A DNA stretch of 37,941 nt. Origin: an uncultured Eubacteriales bacterium. GTDB lineage: Bacteria > Bacillota > Clostridia > Lachnospirales > Lachnospiraceae. A program made the position numbers and the translations under genes. Each line of letters opens with the position of its first letter. Within the stretch, counting starts at the first letter, position 1. A model generated the notes under the pieces. That model searched no databases. It was not told the DNA's origin and saw only the letters and a program-made list of their open reading frames with translations. Location: assembly GCA_900320575.1 (NCBI GenBank), contig ONST01000181.1, positions 1 through 37,941 on the forward strand, read 5' to 3'. Positions 22,256 through 31,700 of the stretch are shown here, piece by piece.

Positions 22256-23188
22256 ATGCAGACGGTAGTGCGGCTGTCCAAGCTGGCGGAGGAACTGAAT
22301 CTGAAGAACCTGACGCCGGACATCGACATGTCCCTCGTGGAACTGACGACGCCGGATATCAACCGGCCGGCGCTCCAGCTGGCGGGTTTTTATGAGCATT
22401 TCGCCTACGAGCGGGTGCAGATCATCGGCTACGTGGAATACACCTACATCATGGAGATGGAAGAGGAGGAGCGGAACGCGGCCTATGAGCGCTTCGTTTC
22501 CAGCGGGATCCCCTGCGTCATTTTCACGACGCTTACCGAGCCCTCCGAGGCGATGCTGGAGATCGCGCGGAAGTACAGCGTTCCCACGCTGGTCACTGAG
22601 CGCACCACCAGCGGCTTTATGGCAGAGATCATCCGCTGGCTGGGCGTCGAACTGGCCCCCAGCATCTCTGTGCACGGCGTTCTCGTGGACGTCTACGGCG
22701 AGGGCGTGCTGATCATGGGCGAGAGCGGGATCGGAAAGAGCGAGGCCGCCCTGGAGCTCGTGCGCCGCGGGCACCGTCTCGTGAGCGACGACGTGGTGAT
22801 CATCCGCAAGGTCTCGGATATCACGCTGGTCGGTTCGGCTCCGGATCTGACCCGGCATTTTATCGAGCTTCGCGGCATCGGCATTATCGACGTGAAGACC
22901 CTCTACGGCGTCGAGCACGTCAAGGATACCCAGGCCATCGATCTGGTGATCAAGCTGGAGGACTGGGACAAGGAGCGGGAATACGACCGGCTGGGCCTCG
23001 AAGAGGAATATACGGAATTTCTCGGAAATAAGATCGTCTGCCACTCTCTGCCGATCCGGCCGGGCCGGAACCTGGCGGTGATCGTGGAGACGGCAGCCGT
23101 CAATCACAGGCAGAAGAAGATGGGCTACAACGCGGCGCAGGAGCTGTACCGCCGCGTACAGGCCAATATGTCGCACAGTGATATCTAA
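22256..23188 (+). CDS. hprK: HPr(Ser) kinase/phosphorylase
   Basis: GESGIGKSEAALEL, GHRLVSDD, ELRGIGII, PGRNLA; ATG 22256 after AGGAGG. Confidence 0.96.
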   Translation: MQTVVRLSKLAEELNLKNLTPDIDMSLVELTTPDINRPALQLAGFYEHFAYERVQIIGYVEYTYIMEMEEEERNAAYERFVSSGIPCVIFTTLTEPSEAMLEIARKYSVPTLVTERTTSGFMAEIIRWLGVELAPSISVHGVLVDVYGEGVLIMGESGIGKSEAALELVRRGHRLVSDDVVIIRKVSDITLVGSAPDLTRHFIELRGIGIIDVKTLYGVEHVKDTQAIDLVIKLEDWDKEREYDRLGLEEEYTEFLGNKIVCHSLPIRPGRNLAVIVETAAVNHRQKKMGYNAAQELYRRVQANMSHSDI

Positions 23189-23206
23189 AAAAGGAGGATG
23201 CAGGAG

Positions 23207-24142
23207 ATGGCAGGAAAAATCTGTTTCGGGATCGACGTAGGCGGCACCACGATCAAGTGCGGGATGTTCCGCACGGATGGCACGGTCCTGGATAAATGGG
23301 AGATCCCCACACGCACGGAGAACGGCGGAGAACAGATTCTCCCGGATATCGCGGCCGCGGTCCACGGCAGGATCCAGGTGAACGGTTTTGAGGAAAAGCA
23401 GATCACCGGCATCGGCATCGGCATTCCCGGGCCTGTGCGGGCCGGAAAGGTCCCGGTGGCCGTCAATCTGCACTGGGGCGAGAAGGATGTGGCGAAGGAG
23501 CTGGAGGCACTCACCGGCTTTCCGGTGCGTGTGGCCAACGACGCCAACGCGGCGGCACTCGGCGAGATGTGGAAGGGCGCCGGCGAAGGCAGAAAGAACG
23601 TGATCATGATCACGCTCGGCACCGGCGTGGGCTGCGGCGTCATCATCAACGAGCAGATCGTGGAAGGCGCCAACGGGGCCGGCGGAGAGGTCGGCCACAT
23701 GCATGTCTCCGACGATCTCGACGAGCCCTGCAACTGCGGAAATAAGGGCTGCCTCGAGCAGTTCTGTTCGGCTACCGGCATCGCCCGTCTGGCCCGCGTC
23801 TCTCTTGCGGAGCATCCGGAGACGGAGAGCGTGCTGCGGGACGGCAAGCCGGACGCGAAGGCGGTCTTTGACGCCTACAAGGAAGGAGATGCCCTGGCGG
23901 AGTCCGTAGTGCGGGAATTCGCGGATCTTCTGGGCACCGCCCTGTCCAGTGTAGCGGTGGTGACGGATCCCGAGGTGATCGTGATCGGCGGCGGCGTCTC
24001 CAAGGCCGGAGAGGTCCTCACCGACATCGTCGGACGCTATTACCGCCAGAAGGTGTTCTCCTCCTGCGCGGGAACCCCGGTGGTCCTTGCAAAGCTTGGC
24101 AACGACGCCGGCATTTACGGCGCGGCGCGCATGGTGATCTGA
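23207..24142 (+). CDS. glcK: ROK family glucokinase
   Basis: GIDVGGT, NDANAAALGE, LGTGVG, GEVGH, CNCGNKGCLE. Confidence 0.88.
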   Translation: MAGKICFGIDVGGTTIKCGMFRTDGTVLDKWEIPTRTENGGEQILPDIAAAVHGRIQVNGFEEKQITGIGIGIPGPVRAGKVPVAVNLHWGEKDVAKELEALTGFPVRVANDANAAALGEMWKGAGEGRKNVIMITLGTGVGCGVIINEQIVEGANGAGGEVGHMHVSDDLDEPCNCGNKGCLEQFCSATGIARLARVSLAEHPETESVLRDGKPDAKAVFDAYKEGDALAESVVREFADLLGTALSSVAVVTDPEVIVIGGGVSKAGEVLTDIVGRYYRQKVFSSCAGTPVVLAKLGNDAGIYGAARMVI

Positions 24143-24215
24143 AAAGCCGGAACGTCCGGTCCGCTTTCGTGCGGAACCGCGGGCAGGAGATCAGAAGGCC
24201 TGTTCTGATGAAACG

Positions 24216-24317
24216 GACAAATAAAAAACGGAAGACCCGATTGTGATATGTACCCCCTTTCCTGGACATCCAGGGAAGGGGGTACATATCATCTGCGGTC
24301 TTCCGTTTTTATTTGTC
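24216..24317. terminator. About 100-bp inverted repeat acting as a bidirectional terminator between the convergent glcK and pbp genes
   Basis: GACAAATAAAAAACGGAAGACC...GGTCTTCCGTTTTTATTTGTC flanks an inner 48-bp palindrome. Confidence 0.75.
24244..24291. mobile_element. 48-bp palindromic element resembling two fused IS3-family ends (MITE-like remnant)
   Basis: TGATATGTACCCCCTTTCCTGGA-CA-TCCAGGGAAGGGGGTACATATCA; TG...CA termini; one mismatch between arms. Confidence 0.5.
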
Positions 24318-24332
24318 TGGCGGGAGGGACGG

Positions 24333-26906
24333 TCAGGTGCCTGCAGCGTCTGTTCCGCCGGTCTCACCGCCTGCGGCATCTGTTCCGCCGGCCGGTGTTC
24401 CTCCGGGAGTTTCTCCCTGGTTATTGCCGCCTTCTCCCTGCTGCTGTTGCTGCTGTTGCTGTTGCTGCTGCTGCTGTTTCTTCCGCTCTTCTTCCTCGCG
24501 GCGCTTGCGCTCTTCCTCCTCGCGGCGCTTGCGCTCCTGCTCGGCGCGCCACTCGGCTTCGCAGAGTCCGCAGTAAGAGGAGGGCTCGGTCCCCGTCGTG
24601 AAGTATTCCGTCTGCTTGTGGGAGCTCGAGCAGTAGCTGGAGGCCAGAAGGCCGGTCCGGTCGCAGATCGTGACCTCCTCGATGCCGGTGGGGCGGACGA
24701 AAGGGATCACGTTCTGGGTATCGGAGATCCGGGACATGATATTGGTCCACAGGGTCCGCTCGAAGGTCCGGTAGGTCCCTTCGTCCTCCGGCTGGAGGGG
24801 CTCGTTGTTGTCGTAGCCCGCCCAGGCGCCGGCGGTGAGATAGGGCGTATAGCCGACGACCCAGACATTTCCGTAGTTGTTGGTCGAACCGGTCTTTGCA
24901 GCCACCGGCATGTCGGTATCCAGCTTCAGGTTGGTACCGGTACCGCGCTCGATGACGTCCTGCATGGCGCTAGTCAGCAGGAAGGCCGTATCCTCGCTGA
25001 TGACCCGGTGGGTCTCGGAGGTATTGTCGAGAACGACGTTGCCGTACTGGTCGAGGATCTTCGTATAGAAGACCGGCTTGGTGTAGACGCCGCCGTTGGC
25101 GACCGCCGCGTAGGCCGCGGTCAGCTCCAGATTGGAGACGCCGTTGTAAATACCGCCGATGGCGATGGGCTCATAGACGTCGTTGACCGGATCGAGGGTG
25201 GTGATGCCGAACTTCAGCGCTTCATTGTAGCCGGCTCGGGCGCCCATTTCCTGGATCAGCTGCACGGCGATGGTGTTGACCGAGTAGACGATCGCGTCGC
25301 GGACGGTCATTTCCCCGTCGTAGCCCTCATAATAGTTCTCCACCGAGCGGTCCGTGTTGCTGTAGGTGGTGGGCTTGTCCTCGTAGATATCCGCAAGGGT
25401 CTTCCCGAACTGGTCGAGCGCGGTGGAATAGGTGGTGATGATCTTGAAGGTCGAGCCAGGCTGCCGGTAGGTGTTGGTCGCGCGGTTCAGCGTCAGGGAA
25501 GCGGTCTTCCGTCCGCGTCCGCCCACGATGGCCTTCACGTAGCCGGTGTGCTGGTCCATGATGACGAAGGAGGACTGCGGCTGGGGCGAGAAGGCGGTGC
25601 GCTCCGCGATCACGGTGTCGCCGTCCGTGAGGATCTCTTCCTTGTAGTGATCGATGGCCGCCTGGCCGTCTTCCTCGGAATCGAAGAGCAGGTCGAAGCT
25701 CTCATCCTCGTTCTCGCGGTACCACTTGCGCATCTGCTCCTTGCTGAAATGGACCGTAGTGCCGTCCGCCCGCGTGATGGACAGGGCCCAGTCGATGCTG
25801 AAATAGGTCCCTTCCGGATAATTGTCCGGATTCTGGTACTCCTCGTCGCAGATCTGCTGGATCGCCATATCCTGGGTCGTATAGATCCTGAGGCCGCCGG
25901 AGTAGAGGGCGCGGTAGGCTTCCCGCTCAGTGTAGCCCTTCTGGTTCATCAGGTCGTCGCGGACCTGTTCCGTGAGCTCGTCGATGAAGTAGGAGTAGAT
26001 CTGGTTATCCTCTCCGGACAGCTCCTGCGCCTGGCGGATCTCCTCGTAGACGTTGTCCCGGAGGACTTCGTCCCGCTGTTCCTGGGTGATATAGCCCTGG
26101 TCGAGCATGCGGCGCAGCACCAGTTCCCGGCGGTCCGCATTTTTCTCCGGATGGGAAATGGGGTTGTAGAGGCTGGGATTCAGGGTGATCCCGGCCAGCA
26201 CCGTGCACTCCGACAGATTCAGTTCGGAGACGCTCTTACGGAAATACTTCTTCGCCGCAGCCTCCACGCCGTAGGTGCCGGCGCCGAGGTTGATGGTGTT
26301 CAGATAGTTCTCCAGGATCAGATCCTTGTCATGGAGCCGCTCTTCGAGCTTTACCGCCAGATACTGCTCCTGGATCTTGCGGCGGATCTTCGCCATCATG
26401 CCCTTCTCCTGGGTCCATTCCGTAAAGACGTTGTTCTTCAGGAGCTGCTGGGTGATGGTGCTGGCGCCCTCCGTCCGGCGGAAGCGCGAGCGGATGCCCA
26501 CCGACAGCGCGCGGAGCATGCCGTGCGGATCGACGCCGTGATGCTCGTAGAAACGCTTGTCCTCGGTCGCGACGATCGCGTGCTGCAGATCGAGGGGGAC
26601 GTCCTTCAGGGAGACCGAGATCCGGTTGGAGTCCGACGACGTCAGCTTCTGCAGCTGGTTTCCGTTTGCGTCGTAAATAAAGGTCGCGAAACCGGTGGGG
26701 GCGATATTGATGGTCGCCACATCCGGAGCATTGGCGATGACGCCCTGATACGCTCCGTAGCCTCCGCAGGTTCCCGCCACGATGGCAGCGATGAGGAGCC
26801 CCACCATCACGCGCATGAAAGTAACGCCGATCCGGTGGCTGATCGGCAGTGCGGGCGAGGTGAGTTCTTCTTCTTTTCGTTCGATTGCAAGCTTTGTGTA
26901 CTTCAT
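24333..26906 (-). CDS. Class A penicillin-binding protein (PBP1A-like transglycosylase/transpeptidase)
   Basis: EDKRFYEHHG, GASTITQQL, RKIQE, YLNTI, QPGSTFK (SxxK), SVN (SxN), KTG; likely start ATG 26906. Confidence 0.93.
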   Translation of the reverse strand: MKYTKLAIERKEEELTSPALPISHRIGVTFMRVMVGLLIAAIVAGTCGGYGAYQGVIANAPDVATINIAPTGFATFIYDANGNQLQKLTSSDSNRISVSLKDVPLDLQHAIVATEDKRFYEHHGVDPHGMLRALSVGIRSRFRRTEGASTITQQLLKNNVFTEWTQEKGMMAKIRRKIQEQYLAVKLEERLHDKDLILENYLNTINLGAGTYGVEAAAKKYFRKSVSELNLSECTVLAGITLNPSLYNPISHPEKNADRRELVLRRMLDQGYITQEQRDEVLRDNVYEEIRQAQELSGEDNQIYSYFIDELTEQVRDDLMNQKGYTEREAYRALYSGGLRIYTTQDMAIQQICDEEYQNPDNYPEGTYFSIDWALSITRADGTTVHFSKEQMRKWYRENEDESFDLLFDSEEDGQAAIDHYKEEILTDGDTVIAERTAFSPQPQSSFVIMDQHTGYVKAIVGGRGRKTASLTLNRATNTYRQPGSTFKIITTYSTALDQFGKTLADIYEDKPTTYSNTDRSVENYYEGYDGEMTVRDAIVYSVNTIAVQLIQEMGARAGYNEALKFGITTLDPVNDVYEPIAIGGIYNGVSNLELTAAYAAVANGGVYTKPVFYTKILDQYGNVVLDNTSETHRVISEDTAFLLTSAMQDVIERGTGTNLKLDTDMPVAAKTGSTNNYGNVWVVGYTPYLTAGAWAGYDNNEPLQPEDEGTYRTFERTLWTNIMSRISDTQNVIPFVRPTGIEEVTICDRTGLLASSYCSSSHKQTEYFTTGTEPSSYCGLCEAEWRAEQERKRREEEERKRREEEERKKQQQQQQQQQQQQQGEGGNNQGETPGGTPAGGTDAAGGETGGTDAAGT
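24438..24536 (-). repeat. Poly-Gln (13 codons) and a 24-bp tandem repeat (ERKRREEE) in the PBP C-terminal tail
   Basis: Mixed CAG/CAA run at 24438-24476; two near-identical 24-bp units at 24484-24531. Confidence 0.85.
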
Positions 26907-26913
26907 AACCCGC

Positions 26914-26942
26914 ATTATAGCAAAAACAATTTCGAATTGCCA
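26914..26942 (-). promoter_or_regulatory. pbp promoter (probably leaderless transcript)
   Basis: TGGCAA-17 nt-TATAAT with extended TG; ATG lies 7 nt downstream. Confidence 0.55.
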
Positions 26943-27010
26943 GTTCTACAGAGATTCTTTATAAAATCCTAAGCAAAGAACGCGCCGTGGCGCCTTCCGC
27001 ACGCCGCTTC

Positions 27011-27039
27011 TTGCATAAAAGGCCTTCCCTGTGTAAAAT
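27011..27039 (+). promoter_or_regulatory. yigZ promoter (probably leaderless transcript)
   Basis: TTGCAT-17 nt-TAAAAT; ATG lies 6 nt downstream. Confidence 0.6.
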
Positions 27040-27045
27040 AGGACC

Positions 27046-27681
27046 ATGCAGAGCAGATATTTTACGGTCCTCGGGGCCGGAACATCGGAAGTAATTGAAA
27101 AGAAATCCCGCTTTCTGGGCCTTCTGCTGCACGCGGAGACCCCGGAAGAGGCGGAGAGCGCGGTCGCGGCCGTCCGGAAGAAGCACTATGACGCCCGCCA
27201 CAACTGCTTCGCGTATATCGTCGGAGAGCCCGGAGGCAGTGAGACGCTGCGGGCGGGAGACGACGGAGAGCCGCAGGGAACGGCCGGCCGGCCGATGCTG
27301 GAGGTCTTAAAGGGACGGGAGCTCCACAACTGCGTACTGGTGGTGACCCGCTATTTCGGCGGCACGCTGCTGGGAACGGGGGGCCTCATCCGCGCCTACA
27401 CGGAGGCCGCGCAAAAGGCCTGCGAGAGCGCGGAGATCGTCGAAAAGCTGAGAGGGACCCGCATCCGCCTGCACGTGAGCTACAACGCCTCCGGAAAGCT
27501 CGGCTATCTCTTCGCCTGGGAGGGCGTCACGGTGCTGGATACGGTCTACGGAGCGGACGTGCAGATGGATATCCTCGCGCCGGAAGGGGAAGAGAGTGCC
27601 CTTCAGAAGCGGATCATCGAGGCGACAGACGGAAAAGCGGAGATCGAACTTCTGGATCAGACAGAAATCGATCTCCGCTGA
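27046..27681 (+). CDS. yigZ: YigZ/IMPACT family protein
   Basis: KKSRF, ARHNCFAY, DDGEPQGTAG, VVTRYFGGTLLGTGGLIRAY. Confidence 0.93.
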   Translation: MQSRYFTVLGAGTSEVIEKKSRFLGLLLHAETPEEAESAVAAVRKKHYDARHNCFAYIVGEPGGSETLRAGDDGEPQGTAGRPMLEVLKGRELHNCVLVVTRYFGGTLLGTGGLIRAYTEAAQKACESAEIVEKLRGTRIRLHVSYNASGKLGYLFAWEGVTVLDTVYGADVQMDILAPEGEESALQKRIIEATDGKAEIELLDQTEIDLR

Positions 27682-27691
27682 AGGTTCCCGG

Positions 27692-28210
27692 TCAGGCCTT
27701 TTCCGGCTCCGGATATTCGACGCCGAAGGTCTCCACCGTGACGGTCTTCATGATCTGAGGCGTCAGAGGCTTGTCCGCGTAGTTGGTGCGCACGTTGGCG
27801 ATCCGGTCCACGACCTCCAGTCCTTCCGTGACCTTGCCGAAGGCGGCGTAGGCGCCGTCGAGATGCGGCGAGGTCTCATGCATGATGAAGAACTGGCTGC
27901 CGGCGCTGTCCGGGTGCATGGAGCGGGCCATGGAGAGGACGCCGGGCGTGTGCTTCAGATCATTTTTAAACCCGTTTTGGGAGAATTCTCCCGCGATCCG
28001 GTAATCCGGGCCGCCCATGCCGGTGCCGGTGGGATCGCCTCCCTGGATCATGAAGCCGGGGATCACGCGGTGAAAGCCGACTCCGTCGTAGAAGCCCTTC
28101 TTGATCAGGCTGATAAAATTATTGACGGTGTTGGGGGCGGTCTCCGGATAGAGCTCCGCCTTCATGACGCTGCCTTCTTCCATGGTAATGGTTACAACTG
28201 GATTTGCCAT
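27692..28210 (-). CDS. Cyclophilin-type peptidyl-prolyl cis-trans isomerase
   Basis: FHRVIPGFMIQGGDP, LSMAR, SAGSQFFI, HLDGAYAAFG. Confidence 0.95.
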   Translation of the reverse strand: MANPVVTITMEEGSVMKAELYPETAPNTVNNFISLIKKGFYDGVGFHRVIPGFMIQGGDPTGTGMGGPDYRIAGEFSQNGFKNDLKHTPGVLSMARSMHPDSAGSQFFIMHETSPHLDGAYAAFGKVTEGLEVVDRIANVRTNYADKPLTPQIMKTVTVETFGVEYPEPEKA

Positions 28211-28283
28211 ACGATTCTGAATCTCCTTTTTCGGATCCGGGCGGCGAAGACGCCTCCCGCAGATGGTTTCCTGTGACCGGACT

Positions 28284-28313
28284 ATTCTATCATACGAAGG
28301 ACTTGCCTGTCAA
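28284..28313 (-). promoter_or_regulatory. Cyclophilin gene promoter
   Basis: TTGACA-18 nt-TAGAAT with extended TG. Confidence 0.6.
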
Positions 28314-28390
28314 AAACCGTCAGGAAAGAAGGAACGTCCGGAAAGGCGCGCAGAAGGGACCGGTTTTAATTCAATGAAGGAAGTGGAAAA

Positions 28391-28852
28391 ATGAGAGAGA
28401 CGGACTATGACCTGCTTGCGGAACAGATCCGCGCCCTCGCGGAGACCGACCCGTGGTACGTGCCGCTGCTCGCGAACGCGGCGGCCCTCCTGTTCGATGC
28501 GATGGAGGATCTGAACTGGGCGGGATTCTATCTGCTCCGGGACGGAAAGCTGGTCCTTGGCCCCTTCCAGGGGAAGCATGCCTGTATCCACATCCCGGTG
28601 GGAAAAGGCGTCTGCGGAACGGCAGCGGAGCGGAAGGAGAGCGTACTGGTGCCCGACGTGCACGCGTTTCCCGGGCACATCGCCTGCGATTCCGCCTCCC
28701 GTTCCGAACTGGTGGTCCCGCTCTTTTATTCGGGAGACCTGATCGGAGTGACGGATCTCGACAGCCCCTCCGCCGGACGGTTCTCTGAAGAAGACCGGAA
28801 GGGCGTGGAGCGGATCGCGCGGACCCTGGGGGAACTGCTGGAATTTCCGTGA
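28391..28852 (+). CDS. msrC: GAF-domain protein, free methionine-R-sulfoxide reductase family
   Basis: LNWAGFY, LGPFQG, GKGVCG, FPGHIACD, SELVVP. Confidence 0.88.
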   Translation: MRETDYDLLAEQIRALAETDPWYVPLLANAAALLFDAMEDLNWAGFYLLRDGKLVLGPFQGKHACIHIPVGKGVCGTAAERKESVLVPDVHAFPGHIACDSASRSELVVPLFYSGDLIGVTDLDSPSAGRFSEEDRKGVERIARTLGELLEFP

Positions 28853-28878
28853 CACTTCCGCCTGCGTTGTGGTATACT
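28849..28878 (+). promoter_or_regulatory. tsaE operon promoter
   Basis: GTGACA-18 nt-TATACT with extended TG. Confidence 0.5.
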
Positions 28879-28980
28879 AAAAAATCGTGATTGAACCGTC
28901 AAAAGCAAGATCCGCGGGTCCGTGCATTTGGCGTTTTTACCGTAGATCAGAGAAAGAAAAGGAGCGCCGGAGCGAAGATC

Positions 28981-29448
28981 ATGCAGCTTACCCGGAATAC
29001 TGCCGGTCCTGAAGAAACGTACCGGATCGGAAAAATGCTTGGACAGAAAGCCCGGCCGGGCCAGGTATATGCCCTGACCGGGGATCTCGGCGTGGGAAAG
29101 ACGATTTTTACGAAGGGCTTCGCGGAGGGCCTGGGCGTGACAGAGCCTGTGACCTCCCCGACCTTTACGATCCTGCAGAGCTACACGGACGGGAGAGTCC
29201 CGCTCTACCATTTCGACGTCTACCGCATCGAGGAGACCGAGGAAATGGATGAGATCGGCTACGAGGACTGCTTCTACGGAGACGGCGTCGCGCTGGTCGA
29301 GTGGGCGGAGCAGATCGAAGAGCTTCTGCCGGAAGATACCGTCCGCATCGTGATCCGGAAGGATCCTGCGGAAGGCGCGGATTTCCGGGAGATCCGCATC
29401 ACGGCCCCGGACGGTGTGCTGCCGGAGCTTTATAAAAAGGCACAGTGA
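28981..29448 (+). CDS. tsaE: t6A biosynthesis ATPase TsaE
   Basis: GDLGVGKT, VTSPTF, YHFDVYR, VEW; ATG 28981. Confidence 0.94.
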   Translation: MQLTRNTAGPEETYRIGKMLGQKARPGQVYALTGDLGVGKTIFTKGFAEGLGVTEPVTSPTFTILQSYTDGRVPLYHFDVYRIEETEEMDEIGYEDCFYGDGVALVEWAEQIEELLPEDTVRIVIRKDPAEGADFREIRITAPDGVLPELYKKAQ

Positions 29449-29497
29449 AACCGAACAGACAGTACGCCGGAAGGCGTTTTTGATTCCGGAGGAGCGC

Positions 29498-30244
29498 ATG
29501 AAACTGCTTGCACTTGACAGCTCCGGGCTCGTGGCTTCCGCCGCGGTCCTGGAGGACGAGGTCCTTCTGGCCGAATATACGGTCAATTATAAGAAAACGC
29601 ATTCGCAGACCCTGCTGCCGATGCTCGATGAGATCGCGCGGATGATCGAACTCGATCTTTCCGAGGTCGACGCGGTGGCCGTGGCCGCCGGACCGGGGTC
29701 CTTTACCGGCCTTAGGATCGGCTCCGCGACCGCGAAGGGACTGGGGCTCGCGCTCGGAAGACCGGTGATCGAGGTACCGACCCTCGCGGCGATGGCCTAC
29801 GGCCTCTTCGGCGCGGCAGGGCTCCTCTGCCCGATCATGGACGCGCGGCGCTCCCAGGTCTACAGCGGCATTTACCGCTTTGAGCAGGCATCGCTGGTCA
29901 CGGTCCGGGATCAGGAGCCGAAAGCGGTGTCGGAGCTCTGCGCGGAGCTCACGGCCCTTCCGGAGGAACTGACCGGGAAGGGGATCCTCTTCCTCGGGGA
30001 CGGCGTCCCGGCCTACCGGGACCTGATCGACCGGGAGCTTGCGCTGCCTCACACCTATGTGCCGGCCCATGGAAACCGCCAGCGGGCAGCCGCCGTCGGC
30101 GCTCTCGGCGAGGTCTATTACGCGGAGGGGCGCTTCGTGAAGGCCGAGGAGCACGTCCCGATCTATCTGCGCAAGTCCCAGGCGGAGCAGCAGCGGGAGG
30201 AGGCGCTCCGGAAGCAGGCCCCTCTGAAAGGAATGACGCTGTGA
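29498..30244 (+). CDS. tsaB: t6A biosynthesis protein TsaB
   Basis: LALDSS, HSQTLLP, GPGSFTGLRIG, DARR, PIYLR; ATG 29498. Confidence 0.94.
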   Translation: MKLLALDSSGLVASAAVLEDEVLLAEYTVNYKKTHSQTLLPMLDEIARMIELDLSEVDAVAVAAGPGSFTGLRIGSATAKGLGLALGRPVIEVPTLAAMAYGLFGAAGLLCPIMDARRSQVYSGIYRFEQASLVTVRDQEPKAVSELCAELTALPEELTGKGILFLGDGVPAYRDLIDRELALPHTYVPAHGNRQRAAAVGALGEVYYAEGRFVKAEEHVPIYLRKSQAEQQREEALRKQAPLKGMTL

Positions 30245-30711
30245 TGGAGATCCGGGAGATGACGTTCGACGACATCTATCCGGTGGCGGAGATCGAAAAG
30301 GAAGCCTCCCTTACCCCCTGGGACGCCAACGGGCTCTTCACCTGGTGGCTGCGGGACGACACCCTGTTCCTGACTGCGGTGGACGGAACGGTCCCGGACG
30401 GGGAAGACGAGCTTCCCAACGTCCTAGGCTATGTGGGCGCCGTCCTGGTGCCCTGGGAGGGCGATATTTTAAATATTACGGTGCGGAAGAATATGCAGCG
30501 CCGGGGGATCGGAACTCTTCTCTTGCAGGAGCTGCTCCGGCGGCTTCCGGAAAAGGGCGTGACGGAGCTGCATCTGGAAGTGCGCGCCGGGAACGCCCCG
30601 GCCATTGCGCTTTACGGGAACTTCGGCTTTGTCCGGGACGGCCTCCGGAAGGGATACTACACGGATCCTTGTGAGGACGCGGTCCTCATGACAAGAAAAG
30701 AGCGGAAATGA
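30241..30711 (+). CDS. rimI: Ribosomal-protein-alanine N-acetyltransferase (GNAT)
   Basis: QRRGIG, LEVRAGNAPAIALY, RKGYY...EDAVLM; start GTG 30241 or ATG 30244. Confidence 0.9.
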   Translation: MMEIREMTFDDIYPVAEIEKEASLTPWDANGLFTWWLRDDTLFLTAVDGTVPDGEDELPNVLGYVGAVLVPWEGDILNITVRKNMQRRGIGTLLLQELLRRLPEKGVTELHLEVRAGNAPAIALYGNFGFVRDGLRKGYYTDPCEDAVLMTRKERK

Positions 30712-30758
30712 CTGCCGGAGGCGGCGGATGCCGGACCGGCGGGAGGAGTATTTTTCAT

Positions 30759-31700
30759 ATGCTTGACGTCAGTTTACTTGGAACAGGGGGCATGATGCCG
30801 CTGCCGAGGCGCTATCTGACCTCGTGCCTGATGCGCTACCGCGGCAGTTCGGTGCTGATCGACTGCGGGGAGGGCACGCAGATCGCCCTCCGGAAGCTGG
30901 GCTGGTCCTGCAAGCCCATCAATACCATCTATATCACGCACTTTCACGCGGATCACATCGCGGGCCTGCCCGGCCTGCTCCTGACCATGGGAAATGCGGA
31001 CCGCACCGAGCCGGTCACCCTGATCGGCCCGAAGGGGATCGGGAATATCCTCAAGGCGGTGCGCGTGCTGGCGCCGGAGCTCCCCTTCGAGACCCGTTTC
31101 GAGGAGATCCAGGGTGCGGAACAGACCTTTGAGCGGGACGGCATGCGCGTCACCGCGTTCCGGGTGAATCACCGGGTGCTCTGCTATTCTTATAAGGTAG
31201 AGATCGGCCGCCAGGGACGCTTCGATCCGGAACGGGCCAAAGCCCAGAATATCCCGCTGAAGTTCTGGAATCCCCTGCAGAAGGGGCAGACCATGGAGGA
31301 AAACGGGATCGTCTATACGCCGGACATGGTGCTCGGCGAAAAGCGCAAGGGCCTGAAGGTGGTCTATTCCACGGATACGCGCCCGACGCCGGCCATCGCG
31401 CAGCACGCCTCCGGAGCGGACCTGCTGATCGCGGAGGGCATGTACGGGACGGAAGAGGAGATGATGGCGAAGGCCAGGGGCTATAAGCACATGACCATGG
31501 CGGAGTCGGCACAGATCGCGAAAAAAGCCGGCGTCCGGGAGCTCTGGTACACCCATTACAGCCCGTCGCTGGTGCGGCCGGAGGATTACCTGCCGGAGAT
31601 GCAGAAGATCTTCCCGAACGCGGTGTGCGCCCGGGACGGCCAGACCGAAGAACTGCTGTTTGAAGAGGAAATGGAAGAAGATGTCCGCACAGAACATTGA
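30759..31700 (+). CDS. rnz: Ribonuclease Z
   Basis: LGTGG, DCGEGTQ, THFHADH, exosite arm, TDTRP, THYS; ATG 30759 after GGAGG. Confidence 0.93.
   Translation: MLDVSLLGTGGMMPLPRRYLTSCLMRYRGSSVLIDCGEGTQIALRKLGWSCKPINTIYITHFHADHIAGLPGLLLTMGNADRTEPVTLIGPKGIGNILKAVRVLAPELPFETRFEEIQGAEQTFERDGMRVTAFRVNHRVLCYSYKVEIGRQGRFDPERAKAQNIPLKFWNPLQKGQTMEENGIVYTPDMVLGEKRKGLKVVYSTDTRPTPAIAQHASGADLLIAEGMYGTEEEMMAKARGYKHMTMAESAQIAKKAGVRELWYTHYSPSLVRPEDYLPEMQKIFPNAVCARDGQTEELLFEEEMEEDVRTEH

Noticed and set aside
24205..24240. CTGATGA hammerhead core start
   Set aside because: No stem II or GAAAC follows.
24243..26972. 909-aa plus-strand ORF
   Set aside because: Antisense shadow of the PBP gene, caused by GC3-biased codons; no RBS or recognisable motifs, and it starts inside the palindrome.
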